Source: Candidatus Roizmanbacteria bacterium (GTDB lineage Bacteria; Patescibacteriota; Microgenomatia; UBA1406; GWC2-37-13). From it: a stretch of DNA of 64,000 nt. The notes beneath the pieces were generated by a model. The model saw only the letters and a program-made list of their open reading frames with translations. It had not been told where the DNA came from and ran no database searches. How positions within the stretch are numbered: position 1 is the stretch's first letter; every line of letters begins with the position of its first letter. Made by a program: the position numbers and the translations under genes. The stretch is from assembly GCA_037444855.1 (NCBI GenBank), contig JBBILO010000004.1, forward strand, positions 852-64,851, read 5' to 3'. Shown here one piece after another: positions 11,302-21,597 of the stretch.

Positions 11302-11323
11302 AAAATTTAAAATTAAAAACTGT

Positions 11324-11338
11324 CCTTCGATTCGGAGG
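11324..11338 (-). terminator. Weak hairpin downstream of htrA
   Basis: CCTTCG-ATT-CGGAGG (6 bp including one G-U pair). On the minus strand it is followed by ACAGTTTTT. Confidence 0.3.
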
Positions 11339-11362
11339 ATTTAAAATTTATTTTTATATTAG

Positions 11363-12526
11363 TTATTGATTAGACGATCCAATAGTTAATTGTTTTGTCA
11401 GGGTTTTTCCATCTCTCCAAATTTTTATGCTAACCACTTGGCCGACTTTTTTATTCAAAATGATTTTAGCTAATCCATTTTCATCATCGCCCTTAATTTT
11501 TTGGTCATCAAATTCAATAATGATATCTTCTGGTTGTAAATCAGCTTTTTCAGCCGGTGAGTTATTAATCACCTCGACGATATATGCACCTTCAACAACA
11601 TCATTTAAAATCGCAGTTTGTTTATCAATCATTTTATAACGAACCCCGATAAATGGTCGTTCAAAGACCCCCCCTCTTTCATTAAATGATTTAATTAAGT
11701 CCTTAACGACATTAATCGGAATGGCAAAACCAATGTTTTGGCCTTGTTGGGCAATAGCGGTATTAACACCAATGACTTCGCCTCTTAAATTAATTAATGG
11801 CCCTCCAGAATTGCCAGGATTAATTGCCGCATCGGTTTGAATGACATTATCCAATTTTTCAACATAGCCTTCAAATGGTGAACCGGCGGTTATTCCCCGA
11901 CCAAGTCCTGAAATAATTCCCATCGTTACCGTATTGGTAAATTCTCCTAAGGGAGTGCCAATAGCAATTACCAATTGGCCAAGTTTTAAGTTGTTAGAAT
12001 TACCCATTTTTATTGCAGTTAATTTTTGATTGGGATTAATTTTTATAATCGCCAGATCATTAAGCGGATCGCGGTAGATTTTAACGACATCATATTTTTT
12101 CTTGTTATTGGTCAATATTTGATACTCCGCTTCGGTATCTGAGACAACATGTTTATTGGTGATAATTAGACCATCTTCTGAAATAATAAAACCGCTGCCA
12201 ATATTTTGTTCAACTTCCTTTTGTTGTCCAGGAATCCTTTTAAACGGAGAAAAAAGATCAAATGGGTCAATTGCGTAATAGTCATTCGAAGAAATAACTT
12301 TTTTTATTCCGACAGTCACAACAGAAGGTAAAGAGTCTTCTATCGCTTTAATAATGGCTGACTCTTCATAAACTACAGTTTGTTTCTCATTAGCTTTCTC
12401 TATTTGCAAATTAGTATTTTTCTTAAAAATGTTATTTAGTGGCAGGATAAATGGTAAATTGTTATTTTTATATAGATAAGCTCCAATAATCAGGAAAACT
12501 GAAAATAAAATTAATATTTTTTTCAT
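11363..12526 (-). CDS. htrA: HtrA/DegP-family serine protease with PDZ domain
   Basis: N-terminal TM helix, TNKHVV (His), GNSGGPL (Ser), C-terminal PDZ. Confidence 0.9.
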   Translation of the reverse strand: MKKILILFSVFLIIGAYLYKNNNLPFILPLNNIFKKNTNLQIEKANEKQTVVYEESAIIKAIEDSLPSVVTVGIKKVISSNDYYAIDPFDLFSPFKRIPGQQKEVEQNIGSGFIISEDGLIITNKHVVSDTEAEYQILTNNKKKYDVVKIYRDPLNDLAIIKINPNQKLTAIKMGNSNNLKLGQLVIAIGTPLGEFTNTVTMGIISGLGRGITAGSPFEGYVEKLDNVIQTDAAINPGNSGGPLINLRGEVIGVNTAIAQQGQNIGFAIPINVVKDLIKSFNERGGVFERPFIGVRYKMIDKQTAILNDVVEGAYIVEVINNSPAEKADLQPEDIIIEFDDQKIKGDDENGLAKIILNKKVGQVVSIKIWRDGKTLTKQLTIGSSNQ

Positions 12527-12531
12527 ATGAT

Positions 12532-13776
12532 TTATTTTAATAAAATTTCTAGCGCTTTATCAAGTTGTCTATCATCTTGACGGGTAAGCGTGTTACCTTC
12601 CTTTATCTGATTGTCAATTTTAATTGTTGGTTCAATCCCCTTTTCGTTAATCCAATCGCCGTTTGGCAGGATCCATTTGGCGACGGTGACATGAAGACCA
12701 GCTCCTTGGGCAAGATCAATGGCTTCTTGAACTGAGCCTTTACCAAAAGATTTTTGACCAACTAAAACCCCCTTTTTATTATCTCTTAAGGCGCCGGCAA
12801 AAATTTCTGACGCTGAGGCTGAACCTTGATTAATCAAGACAACTAATGGAAAATTTTGCAATCGGCCATTTTTTTGAGAATAATAAGTTTTATTTTTATA
12901 AGTCGTTGACTCTTGCTTGACAATCGTTTGACCAAAGGATAAAAATTCTGAGGCTAAGTAGATTGCTCCTTCCAGATAACCGCCTGGATTATCTCGGACA
13001 TCAACAATAATCCCTTTTATTGTCTCTTTTTTATTTCTTGCGAGAATCTGATCAACCGCTTTATCCCATTCGTCATAAGTTTTATCTCCAAATTGATTAA
13101 CTTTAATGTAGGCAATATTATTTTTTTCGAATGAAAGTTCAATTGAAGGAACGTTAATTTCATCCCTAATAATTTCAACATCTTTTCGTCGATTATTTCT
13201 TTCAATCGTTAGTTTTACCTTTGTGCCTTTTGGACCACGAATTTTATTCACGGCTTCGGTTAGAGTTATATCAGCAGTTGATTCATCGTTGACTTTGTTG
13301 ATAAAATCACCTGCTTTAAGACCAGCTTTCTCTGCTGGTGAATTTTTGAGAGGAGCGATGACAACGATACGATTGTTTTTCAGACCTAATTGAGCTCCAA
13401 TACCTTCAAATTTTCCAGAAAGATCGTTTTTTGATTTTTTATTTTCATCTGGGGTAAGAAAAAAAGTATAAGGGTCATTAAGAGAAGCAACCATCCCTTT
13501 TATTGCGCCGAAGATCATTTTTTGATTATCGATTCTCTTTTTATCAATATATTTTTTTTCCAGCTTATCCCAAACGTCCCAAAATAAAGAAATGTCGTGA
13601 TTTTTTTTATCTGATGTCACCTCTTTATTAAAAAAAGTTTGAGAAGAATCGATTAAATTTAATCGCTTGCTGAATTTTAATTGTTCTTGATACTGACCAA
13701 GTCGATAACCACTACCAAATAAGAAGATTAGCAACGAAAGAAAAAAAAATATTTTGGTCAGATTTGTTTTAATCAT
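12532..13776 (-). CDS. ctpA: Carboxy-terminal processing peptidase (S41 family)
   Basis: N-terminal TM, PDZ block GIGAQLG..PAEKAGLKAGD, catalytic GSASASEIFAG; 414 aa. Confidence 0.9.
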   Translation of the reverse strand: MIKTNLTKIFFFLSLLIFLFGSGYRLGQYQEQLKFSKRLNLIDSSQTFFNKEVTSDKKNHDISLFWDVWDKLEKKYIDKKRIDNQKMIFGAIKGMVASLNDPYTFFLTPDENKKSKNDLSGKFEGIGAQLGLKNNRIVVIAPLKNSPAEKAGLKAGDFINKVNDESTADITLTEAVNKIRGPKGTKVKLTIERNNRRKDVEIIRDEINVPSIELSFEKNNIAYIKVNQFGDKTYDEWDKAVDQILARNKKETIKGIIVDVRDNPGGYLEGAIYLASEFLSFGQTIVKQESTTYKNKTYYSQKNGRLQNFPLVVLINQGSASASEIFAGALRDNKKGVLVGQKSFGKGSVQEAIDLAQGAGLHVTVAKWILPNGDWINEKGIEPTIKIDNQIKEGNTLTRQDDRQLDKALEILLK

Positions 13777-14482
13777 AAAAAACTATTTTACTCTCATTTT
13801 TTAATATAATACAAGTAGTTTTTTTTTCCTTTTCAATTTCATCAAAATTATCAAGATTTTTTATAATAAAAATTGGTGTTTCTGATTCTTCGGCTTTTTC
13901 ATTGAGACTAATAAATCCTTTAACTCCTAGAGCTTCAGCTTTTATTTGTTCAATAGGAGTAAGTTTTTTAGTAAAAACTATTTTATCGTTAACATCGGAA
14001 GCCGTAAAATTTTGATTTTTCATGTAAAAGATTTTACCACCAAAATAATCAAGAGCGGTCTTATTTTTAAGTGGATAGGCTTTGCCATTAATAATTTTTA
14101 TTCTTAGCGTCTTTTCGTTGACGTTTTCAATTTCTCCTTTAAAAAAACTAAGGAATAAAGATTTTTTAATAACAGTTGATAAAGTGATTATTCCTGACTC
14201 GTGATTAATTTCTTTTACAAAGCCATCAAAGGGAGCGAGAATTTTTTTATGACCGAATAAAGTTTTTTTTAAAGCGAGAATGTCATTTTTTTTTACCTGA
14301 TCATTAATAAATTTTTTCAAGTAGTCAAAAATATTATTTGGTTTTATTTTTAGTTGACGAGCGGCGTCGATTTCAATGTTTTTTGTTTCTTCATATTCCC
14401 ATAACGGTTGTCCGATTTTTACTTTATCTTTTTCTTTGACTAAAATTTTTACTCCTTTTATTAAAGGAACGTCAATAACCAT
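13769..14482 (-). CDS. Hypothetical beta-rich protein with lipoyl/hybrid-barrel-like motifs; function unknown
   Basis: 237-aa ORF tightly packed between mreB and ctpA, overlapping ctpA by 8 nt. KIGQPLWEY and ILAPFDGFVKEI resemble barrel-sandwich hybrid motifs. No TM helix. Confidence 0.5.
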   Translation of the reverse strand: MVIDVPLIKGVKILVKEKDKVKIGQPLWEYEETKNIEIDAARQLKIKPNNIFDYLKKFINDQVKKNDILALKKTLFGHKKILAPFDGFVKEINHESGIITLSTVIKKSLFLSFFKGEIENVNEKTLRIKIINGKAYPLKNKTALDYFGGKIFYMKNQNFTASDVNDKIVFTKKLTPIEQIKAEALGVKGFISLNEKAEESETPIFIIKNLDNFDEIEKEKKTTCIILKNESKIVFYD

Positions 14483-14509
14483 AAAATAAATTATACAATT
14501 TCAAATTAA

Positions 14510-15577
14510 TTATTTTAATAACTTTTTTAAAACAATTGGATTTTGTGAAAGTTTTAATAAACCGGTGATCACGCAGTTTTCTGGTCTTTCAACAGCGACT
14601 ACCTCAATTTTGAGCGTGTCAGCAAAAAATTTATCAATGCCTTTAATGTTTGCAATACCGCCAATTAAATAAATGCCATTTTTATAGATTTCATCTAAAG
14701 TTTCTGGAGGGGCAATTTCGATTACTTCTTTAATTGCATCGAGTATGGTATTAAAAGATGGGATGAGAGCTTCTTTGATATCATAGCTTTTAATCTTGAC
14801 CGATTTAGGCAAGCCATTTTCTAAAGATTTTCCACGAACAAGATAAGTTTTTTCCTCCTGAGTAAAATTAAGGAGAGTTTTTAATAAAAGCTCCAGGCTA
14901 TTTTCACCGAGGATAATTCCATATTTAAGGTAAAGATAATTACTTATTTGTTGTAAAAAATATCCTCCGCCTACTTTTAAAATTCGATCAACGACCACGC
15001 CGCCGCCACTGATAACAGAGATTTCAGTCAGTCCAAATCCAATATCAACAAGAATAAATGGTGAATGAACAAATAAATCATTTTTGATAAAGACCGAGGC
15101 GGCGATTGGGCTTTCTAATAAAAATATTTGACTAAAGCCAACTTTGTTTAATAATTCTTCCAAAGCTTTTCTCTCTATTTCTGTGGCATTACGGGTGATT
15201 GAAGCAATAATTTTCATCGGTGGTCGAAAAAAAAACTTTTTTTTAAGATAAGATGAAAGATATTTATTGATAATTTCATTTAAAAAAAATACCGAAGCAT
15301 CGAAGTCACTGATAACTCCAAAAACGATAGGTTTAATCACCTTAATAAATTCTGGTGTTTTTCCAATGATTGATTTTGCTTCTTCGCCAAAAGAGAGATA
15401 ATTCTTGGTTTTGAGATTGTAGCTTAAACAGGATGGTTCTCGGACGACGATACCTTTATTTTTTATTCCCAATCTCGTTATTGACGAGCCAAGGTCAAGA
15501 CAAAACGTGAGTTCGTCAAAATATTCAATTGTTTTTTGGCTGATATTTTTTATAAAATTAGTAATCATGAATGTCAT
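14510..15577 (-). CDS. mreB: Rod-shape protein MreB (actin-like ATPase)
   Basis: DLGSSITRLGIKNKGIVVREPS.., GKTPEFIKVIKPIVFGVISDF, VDIGFGLTE, IYLIGGIANIKG. Start uncertain: ATG at 15577 or 15568, or TTG at 15583. Confidence 0.85.
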   Translation of the reverse strand: MTFMITNFIKNISQKTIEYFDELTFCLDLGSSITRLGIKNKGIVVREPSCLSYNLKTKNYLSFGEEAKSIIGKTPEFIKVIKPIVFGVISDFDASVFFLNEIINKYLSSYLKKKFFFRPPMKIIASITRNATEIERKALEELLNKVGFSQIFLLESPIAASVFIKNDLFVHSPFILVDIGFGLTEISVISGGGVVVDRILKVGGGYFLQQISNYLYLKYGIILGENSLELLLKTLLNFTQEEKTYLVRGKSLENGLPKSVKIKSYDIKEALIPSFNTILDAIKEVIEIAPPETLDEIYKNGIYLIGGIANIKGIDKFFADTLKIEVVAVERPENCVITGLLKLSQNPIVLKKLLK

Positions 15578-17747
15578 AAACAAAATAATTAATTCACTTT
15601 TTTATCTTCTTTTTTTGACTACTCCTTTAATCGTTTATCCTTACACTTCTGAACTCTTTGAATTTAATAAAATGATTTTTATTTATTTGATAACAACTCT
15701 TATCCTTTTCTTTTGGTTACTGAAAATGATTCTTCTTAAAAAAATTATATTAAAAAAAACACCTTTTGACTGGGTAATCTTTTTATTTTTTTTCTCTCAA
15801 ATTCTTTCCACTGTTTTTTCGATTGATCGCCACACCTCTTTTTTTGGATATTACGGCAGATTTAATGGCGGTTTATTGTCACTGATAGCTTATTTGATTC
15901 TTTATTATGCTGCCGTTTGTAATTTAAATAAAAAATCGCTTGAAAAACTCTTAAAGATATCTTTTGCCTCAGCCATTTTAACAGTTTTAATTGGTATCCC
16001 TGGTAAATTTAACCATGATATACTTTGCTTGATTTTAACCAATCAATTTAGTAACGATTGTTGGACGTCGCAATTTAAACCAGCAGAAAGAATGTTTTCT
16101 ACTCTTGGGCAGCCTAATTGGCTGGGTGCTTTTCTTTCGGTCAACTTTTTTATTGGGCTTTATTGGTATTTGAGAAGATCGCACAAGGACAATAAATTAG
16201 TTTTGTTTTTCAATTTTTTTGCTTTAATTCTTATTTTCCTCGGTCTCTTATTTTCTCGCTCTCGGTCAGCTATTTTAGCTACTGTTATTTGTCTTTTGTT
16301 TTTTATTAGTTGTTCATTTGTTTTATTAAATCAATTTAGATCACTCAAAAAGAAGGTCGTTTATCTTATTTTAAGTATCTTTCTCTCGATGGTTATCTTT
16401 AAAACCGGCATCAGTCAGATTGACCGATTGGTTAATTTCAATATTAATGTTTTCAAGCGATCGAATGACATGATTAAAGAAAATAAAACTCATCAAAAAG
16501 TTTCCCCAATTCTGGTGACGGAGTCATTTGAAATTAGAAAAATAGTTTGGAAAGGAGCAATAGAATTAGCCAAAAGATATCCTTTCTTTGGGAGTGGCCT
16601 TGAGACTTTTGGTTATGCTTATTATTTTGTGAGACCGAAAGAGCATAATTTGACTTCCGAATGGGATTATCTTTATAATCGAGCTCATAATGAGTATCTA
16701 AACTATGCAGCAACAACTGGGTTTTTCGGTTTAGCTTCTTACCTCTTACTAATTGTTACCATAATAATCAGTTTTATTAAAAAGTTATTGATAATCAAAA
16801 ATTCTTATAAGAAATTTGATCTCAATAAAAATTTATCCGAAGGACTTCTTTTTCTCTCTATTTTTTTATCCTTTTTATCAATCCTCATTACCAATTTTTT
16901 TGGTTTCTCAACGACAATAATTAGTCTATTTTTTTATTTAATCATCGCTTTTTTAACTATTTTATCACTCTCAACCTCTGAAGAAAATCAAGAAAAATTT
17001 ATTGTTAAAGATAAAACTGATAAGATAAGAGGAGGGCAAATTTTATTGATTCTTTTAAATACTTTGGTTTCTGCGTTCTTTATTTTATCTATTGCGAGGT
17101 ACTGGTTGGCTGATCGTTATTATAGTCAAGCCGAAATTTATGCTCAGAACGATTATTACCCAAAAGCGATAGAATTAATAAATACCGCTTTGAAACTGAA
17201 ATACGAACATGTTTATCAAGACAAGCTTTCTGGATATTTAGCGCGACTGTCGGTTTTTATTTCTTATCAGAAAGACAATCAGAAAATGATTGAGGTGATT
17301 AAATTATCAAAATCGGTGAATGATCAAACGCTCAAGGCCTCGCCAAAAAATATCTTATATTGGCGAACAAAAGCAAAAAATCACTATCTCTTTTACCAAG
17401 CGACTTTAGATGATAGGGAGATAAAAAAAGGAATTGAAGCCTTAAAATACGCTATGTATTTGGCGCCAAGTGATCCTAAAAATCCTTATAATTTGGCTAT
17501 TTTTCATGGCAGCTTATACGAATCTCAAAAAAATAAAGAAAAAAAAGAACAATTAAAAAGATTAATTTTATTTTATCTTGATCAATCAATCGCTCTAAAA
17601 CCTAATTATCGAGAGGCTTTATTTTTTAAAGGTCAATTTTTAAGCCGGATTGGAAAAAAAGATGAAGCAAGAGCAACATTTGAAATTATCCTTAAAAGAA
17701 TCAATCCTTTTGATCAAGAAGTAATCGAGGAATTAAAAAAAATTTAG
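15567..17747 (+). CDS. O-antigen-ligase-like (Wzy_C) polytopic membrane protein with C-terminal TPR repeats; candidate O-oligosaccharyltransferase
   Basis: More than 10 TM helices. SRSRSAILA and AHNEYLNYAATTGFFGL match the Wzy_C loop pattern. The C-terminal 250 aa is TPR-like. ATG 15567 is preferred over the GTG at 15507. Confidence 0.7.
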   Translation: MNVINKIINSLFYLLFLTTPLIVYPYTSELFEFNKMIFIYLITTLILFFWLLKMILLKKIILKKTPFDWVIFLFFFSQILSTVFSIDRHTSFFGYYGRFNGGLLSLIAYLILYYAAVCNLNKKSLEKLLKISFASAILTVLIGIPGKFNHDILCLILTNQFSNDCWTSQFKPAERMFSTLGQPNWLGAFLSVNFFIGLYWYLRRSHKDNKLVLFFNFFALILIFLGLLFSRSRSAILATVICLLFFISCSFVLLNQFRSLKKKVVYLILSIFLSMVIFKTGISQIDRLVNFNINVFKRSNDMIKENKTHQKVSPILVTESFEIRKIVWKGAIELAKRYPFFGSGLETFGYAYYFVRPKEHNLTSEWDYLYNRAHNEYLNYAATTGFFGLASYLLLIVTIIISFIKKLLIIKNSYKKFDLNKNLSEGLLFLSIFLSFLSILITNFFGFSTTIISLFFYLIIAFLTILSLSTSEENQEKFIVKDKTDKIRGGQILLILLNTLVSAFFILSIARYWLADRYYSQAEIYAQNDYYPKAIELINTALKLKYEHVYQDKLSGYLARLSVFISYQKDNQKMIEVIKLSKSVNDQTLKASPKNILYWRTKAKNHYLFYQATLDDREIKKGIEALKYAMYLAPSDPKNPYNLAIFHGSLYESQKNKEKKEQLKRLILFYLDQSIALKPNYREALFFKGQFLSRIGKKDEARATFEIILKRINPFDQEVIEELKKI

Positions 17748-17749
17748 TT

Positions 17750-18241
17750 TTATGGATTAACGTTTGGGCTAGAAACACCCCAAAAACAACTCATTGTTCC
17801 TCCGCTCTTTTTTTTGCATTGGGTTGAACAGGTGATTGTTGGACTTCCGGATAACGAATCATAAGGTAAGATTTGTTGATTATTTTCTAAACAAGCATAC
17901 AAGCGATATTCTCTTCCGTTTGATTGATATTCGTACGATTTTCCGGCTACGGGATCATTAGGGATTTTTTGCATATAGGTTTTTTCCGGATTACAATCTG
18001 AGGCGATTCTTGTCTCACATAATGAAGAATTATTTGAAGCAAAAATATTAAATGTGGGATATTTTTTTTTATCTTCATAATACATTTCAAGCGCTCTTTG
18101 GATCTGCTCCAAATCAGCTTTTCTCCTAGCATCACGGCCTTTTTTTAAAGAAGTGATGAAATTACCTGCTAATGACGCTGATAATACGCCAAGCATTGAA
18201 ATAATAATCATTAATTCTATTAGGGTAAAGGATTTTTTCAT
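17750..18241 (-). CDS. Prepilin-type N-terminal domain protein (GspG/PilA-like pilin), orphan copy A
   Basis: MKKS/FTLIELMIIISMLGVL class III signal, DARRKADLEQIQRALEMYY block, 6 Cys, C-terminal SSPNVNP. Confidence 0.85.
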   Translation of the reverse strand: MKKSFTLIELMIIISMLGVLSASLAGNFITSLKKGRDARRKADLEQIQRALEMYYEDKKKYPTFNIFASNNSSLCETRIASDCNPEKTYMQKIPNDPVAGKSYEYQSNGREYRLYACLENNQQILPYDSLSGSPTITCSTQCKKKSGGTMSCFWGVSSPNVNP

Positions 18242-18294
18242 CTTATTTATAATATATAAGAATTATTATTTTAATACAAGATTTTAAATTAAAA

Positions 18295-19767
18295 ATGAAA
18301 TTAAAAATTAAAGAATTTATTAAAAGCGAATTTTTTTTTTGGATATTATTTAGTTTTTTATCTTTGTATTTTTTTCTTCATTACTGGAAGAATCAATTAA
18401 CTTTAAATTATATTGATTATGGCGAAGGAAGTTATATTTATGAATCTTTACTTTTTAGTCAAGGAAAGATTCCTTATCGAGATTATTTTCTTCCTCAACC
18501 ACCAGTGGTTTATTTGATTGGTAGCTTGATCTTCAAATTTTTCCACTCATTGATTTTTTTTAAATATTTTTCTTTTTTTCTACTTTTCCTCACTAATTTT
18601 TTATTATCAATTTTGTTAAGAAAATATTTTAAAAGCAACCTTCTCCCTTTATGTTCCATCTTTTCTTCTTTTATTTTTACTTTAACTATCATTTGGTGGT
18701 CGACTTATACCGCAGAGCCTTTTTTAAGATTTTTTTTAATTTTATCGGTCTTTTTTCTTTTTCCGATGAAAAGAAAAAAATCAGTGGAAATCAATTCCTT
18801 TTTTTTATCTTTAATCTTCGTAATAATGTTTTTTACCAAATACAACTCTTTGATTTACATAATTTCAGTTCTTGCTTTTATCTTCTTTACTAACAGAGAT
18901 TATTTTAAACCGTTGCTACTAAAATTTATCGTTTTTTTCCTTATTTTCTTGATTATTTTTTATCATTTTTTTGGGGAGGAATTCATTATTTATACTATGT
19001 GGTATCGAAAAATTCTACCTTTTAAAGAATCAAAAATTATTTTTTTAAATCTCAGTTTATATTTTTTAAAATTTTTCCCTTTTTACATTTTATCCCTATA
19101 CCTTGGTTTAAAATTTTTACACAAAAAGAACTATCAAAAAGCTTTCTTTTTCCTGCTACCGATTTTTTGGCTTCCTAATATTATTGCTCATTTTTTTGAA
19201 GGTACATACTTGTATATCCTTTTTCCAATTGAAATTATAATCACCTTAGGATTTTTTTATCTTGCCTTTAATTTTAAGAAGATCTTCCTTAAAAATAGAT
19301 CTTTCTTTAATTTTCTTCTTGTTTTGTTATTTTTTTGGTCAACGCTGGTGTTAATTTATTATCTTCAAATTTTTCATCAAAATTATTTACATCGTTTTTT
19401 AGAACATGATATTAATTCGGTAAAAGAAATTAGAAATATTATTCAATCATCTAGTGGAAGCAATGAAAAAATCTTTGCCCCACCTTTTTTTCTCGTTTTG
19501 GCAGAAAGAGGAACTATCTCCAACTTTCATGATCCATTTTTTTTATTTAATTATCTTGATAGAAAAGAAAATTTCTCTCCAATTTTTAACAAAGCAATTG
19601 ATGAGATAAGATTGAATAGACCGAGGGTAATTGTTGCTGATTGGCGAATAAAATCTGTTTTGTCCATAATTGATAATAATTATTTAAAAGACTACAAAAA
19701 GATAAAGATGATTCAATTTCTTAATAATGGATCAGAGATGGTAGAAATTTATTTGAGACAAAAATAA
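18295..19767 (+). CDS. Polytopic membrane protein, GT-C fold glycosyltransferase-like (ArnT/PMT_2-like)
   Basis: 490 aa with more than 10 TM helices. First-loop acidic motif YIDYGEGSY..PYRDYFLPQPP and soluble C-terminal domain. Assignment by architecture only. Confidence 0.5.
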   Translation: MKLKIKEFIKSEFFFWILFSFLSLYFFLHYWKNQLTLNYIDYGEGSYIYESLLFSQGKIPYRDYFLPQPPVVYLIGSLIFKFFHSLIFFKYFSFFLLFLTNFLLSILLRKYFKSNLLPLCSIFSSFIFTLTIIWWSTYTAEPFLRFFLILSVFFLFPMKRKKSVEINSFFLSLIFVIMFFTKYNSLIYIISVLAFIFFTNRDYFKPLLLKFIVFFLIFLIIFYHFFGEEFIIYTMWYRKILPFKESKIIFLNLSLYFLKFFPFYILSLYLGLKFLHKKNYQKAFFFLLPIFWLPNIIAHFFEGTYLYILFPIEIIITLGFFYLAFNFKKIFLKNRSFFNFLLVLLFFWSTLVLIYYLQIFHQNYLHRFLEHDINSVKEIRNIIQSSSGSNEKIFAPPFFLVLAERGTISNFHDPFFLFNYLDRKENFSPIFNKAIDEIRLNRPRVIVADWRIKSVLSIIDNNYLKDYKKIKMIQFLNNGSEMVEIYLRQK

Positions 19768-21554
19768 TTTTTGTTAAGATGTTTTTGTTGGCAGAGATTA
19801 CTTTTTTGAAAATAATCTTTAAGTAATTGAGCAAAGTACGAATAACTATCACTAGGATAAATTCTAACCACACCGGTAAGGAATTCGTTTAGCTTGTTGA
19901 TTAATTTGTTGTCTGCAAGAAATAGAACAAAGGAAAACATTTTTTCTTGATAATATTCAGATAATGATTTGTAAAATAAAATTTCCTCAAGATTGTTGTT
20001 TAGTATTATCAATTTTTTATTTTTTAACCAAAATTCGAAATTAATTTTAATAATTTGACCCATATCTTTTTTAAATTTCTCTTTTGAATCATAATATCGC
20101 CAAACCAAACCATAAGGAGCATATAGTCCTAAATTATAAGTCGATTCAGTATAGATTGGAAGAGAGTTTTTTTTTAAAAAAAATTTTAAGTCTCCATTAA
20201 GGGGAATAATAAGCTGGGGATATCTTTTTTTAACTTTTTCTAAATAATATTGTCGTCGAAACATCGCCGGAAACAGTAATACTACTTTTTTAAACTTGGG
20301 AGATTGTTTTAGATAATAAAAATATGAAAAAGGAAAATAGGTTAAATCAGACTTGAGCATTAGAATTGAGTTTTTTTTTAAGGGAAAGATGATGTCATAG
20401 GCTAGTTGATGATATTGATCAGCATTTTTTAATTCCTTTATTATCTTATAAGATTTAAGAAAGTTTGATATAAGCAATAAAGTAATAAATAAATATAGAA
20501 ATATAGAGGAAATTTTTTTATGAAATCTATTCTTGAACAAATTTATGACATAATTTAAACCAAAAGTAAAAGGAAAAATTAAAAGTAAATAAAAAGCAAT
20601 TAAATATCTTTCGAAAGTTGCCAGTGAAAAACTATAAGAAAGATTAAAATTCGTGATGTACAAAAAAATAACATATAAAAAAAACGAAAAAAGAAAATAA
20701 TTTTTGAAAAAAGAATATTTCTTATTATTTTTTATTAGAAGATAAAAGCCAACAATGATTAATAACGCCCCCGTAGGTAAAAAATCTCCAACCACCATTA
20801 AAAAAGTCGAGACCAAAGAGGCAATTTGGTTAATAAAATTAGGAATAGAACCAAAATAGGCTTGTAAAGTACCATAAGAAGAACGCGTAATGAGTCTCAT
20901 TAGGCCATCAATTGTTTTGGCGTTTTCCCAATCAATAGGTGGGTTAAGATATAGGCTCGATAGAAAGGGATAAAGATAAAAGAAAGCGCTTATAAAAGGG
21001 ATAAATAACATATAATTCGTAAAAAATTTTCTATTGAGAATAAAAAAGGGAATAGCAAATAAAATAAATGAGTGGTGATGTGCGATTCCTAAAGCAATAA
21101 AAAAATAAAATAAATAAAGAATTTTTCTTTTCTTATTCTGATTAAATTTTAAACCTAAATAAATTATTCCTGAAATTATTAAATTGTTTAAGGCAAATAC
21201 TTCTGGAACAATTGAATAAAGCCAAACTAAATAAATAAAAGAAAAGTAAGAAATTGAAACCATAGCAATATTTTTATTAATCTTTAGCTCTTTGGTTAAT
21301 ATCAGATAGATAAAGTAAACTGAAGTAATTTGGGAAAAAATTGAGATCAGATTAGCAACGGTTATTGGATTGATAAAAAATAAAATTTTAGTTGAAATTA
21401 CCAGTAGAAAAGAGTATAACGGGTAGCCTGGTGGATGAGGGATGCTAAAGGAAGATTGAGCGACAAGAAATTCGGGCGAATCTCCGCCAAAAAGATACCG
21501 TGATTGGGTCAAATTATAAATTAAAAAAAAAATTAAAAACAGGACTTTGACCAT
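19749..21554 (-). CDS. DUF2723/TMEM260-like membrane protein (putative protein O-mannosyltransferase family)
   Basis: N-terminal GGDSPEFLVAQSSFSIPHPPGYPLYSFLL signature; polytopic with a C-terminal soluble domain; 601 aa. Confidence 0.65.
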   Translation of the reverse strand: MVKVLFLIFFLIYNLTQSRYLFGGDSPEFLVAQSSFSIPHPPGYPLYSFLLVISTKILFFINPITVANLISIFSQITSVYFIYLILTKELKINKNIAMVSISYFSFIYLVWLYSIVPEVFALNNLIISGIIYLGLKFNQNKKRKILYLFYFFIALGIAHHHSFILFAIPFFILNRKFFTNYMLFIPFISAFFYLYPFLSSLYLNPPIDWENAKTIDGLMRLITRSSYGTLQAYFGSIPNFINQIASLVSTFLMVVGDFLPTGALLIIVGFYLLIKNNKKYSFFKNYFLFSFFLYVIFLYITNFNLSYSFSLATFERYLIAFYLLLIFPFTFGLNYVINLFKNRFHKKISSIFLYLFITLLLISNFLKSYKIIKELKNADQYHQLAYDIIFPLKKNSILMLKSDLTYFPFSYFYYLKQSPKFKKVVLLFPAMFRRQYYLEKVKKRYPQLIIPLNGDLKFFLKKNSLPIYTESTYNLGLYAPYGLVWRYYDSKEKFKKDMGQIIKINFEFWLKNKKLIILNNNLEEILFYKSLSEYYQEKMFSFVLFLADNKLINKLNEFLTGVVRIYPSDSYSYFAQLLKDYFQKSNLCQQKHLNKNYFCLK

Positions 21555-21597
21555 TTAGAAATTATACTTTAAAGAATACTAAAAAGTAGAATTTAAT

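Noticed and set aside
11121-11362. Possible T-box riboswitch upstream of hisS (240-nt gap, Firmicute-like synteny elsewhere)
   Set aside because: I found no T-box consensus (AAnnnGGGTGGTACCGCG-like), no specifier-loop architecture and no terminator/antiterminator pair. The region is made of short periodic repeats, and the best promoter is adjacent to the ATG.
18331-18340. T10 tract at codons 13-16 of the GT-C gene and A10 at 21523-21532 near the DUF2723 start, as phase-variation switches
   Set aside because: Equally long homopolymers occur in essential genes here: T10 in hisS at 9963-9972, T9 in gyrA near 4393-4401, and A9 in ctpA at 13741-13749. The tracts therefore reflect AT bias rather than contingency loci. 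Read-level length heterogeneity would be needed to revive the idea.
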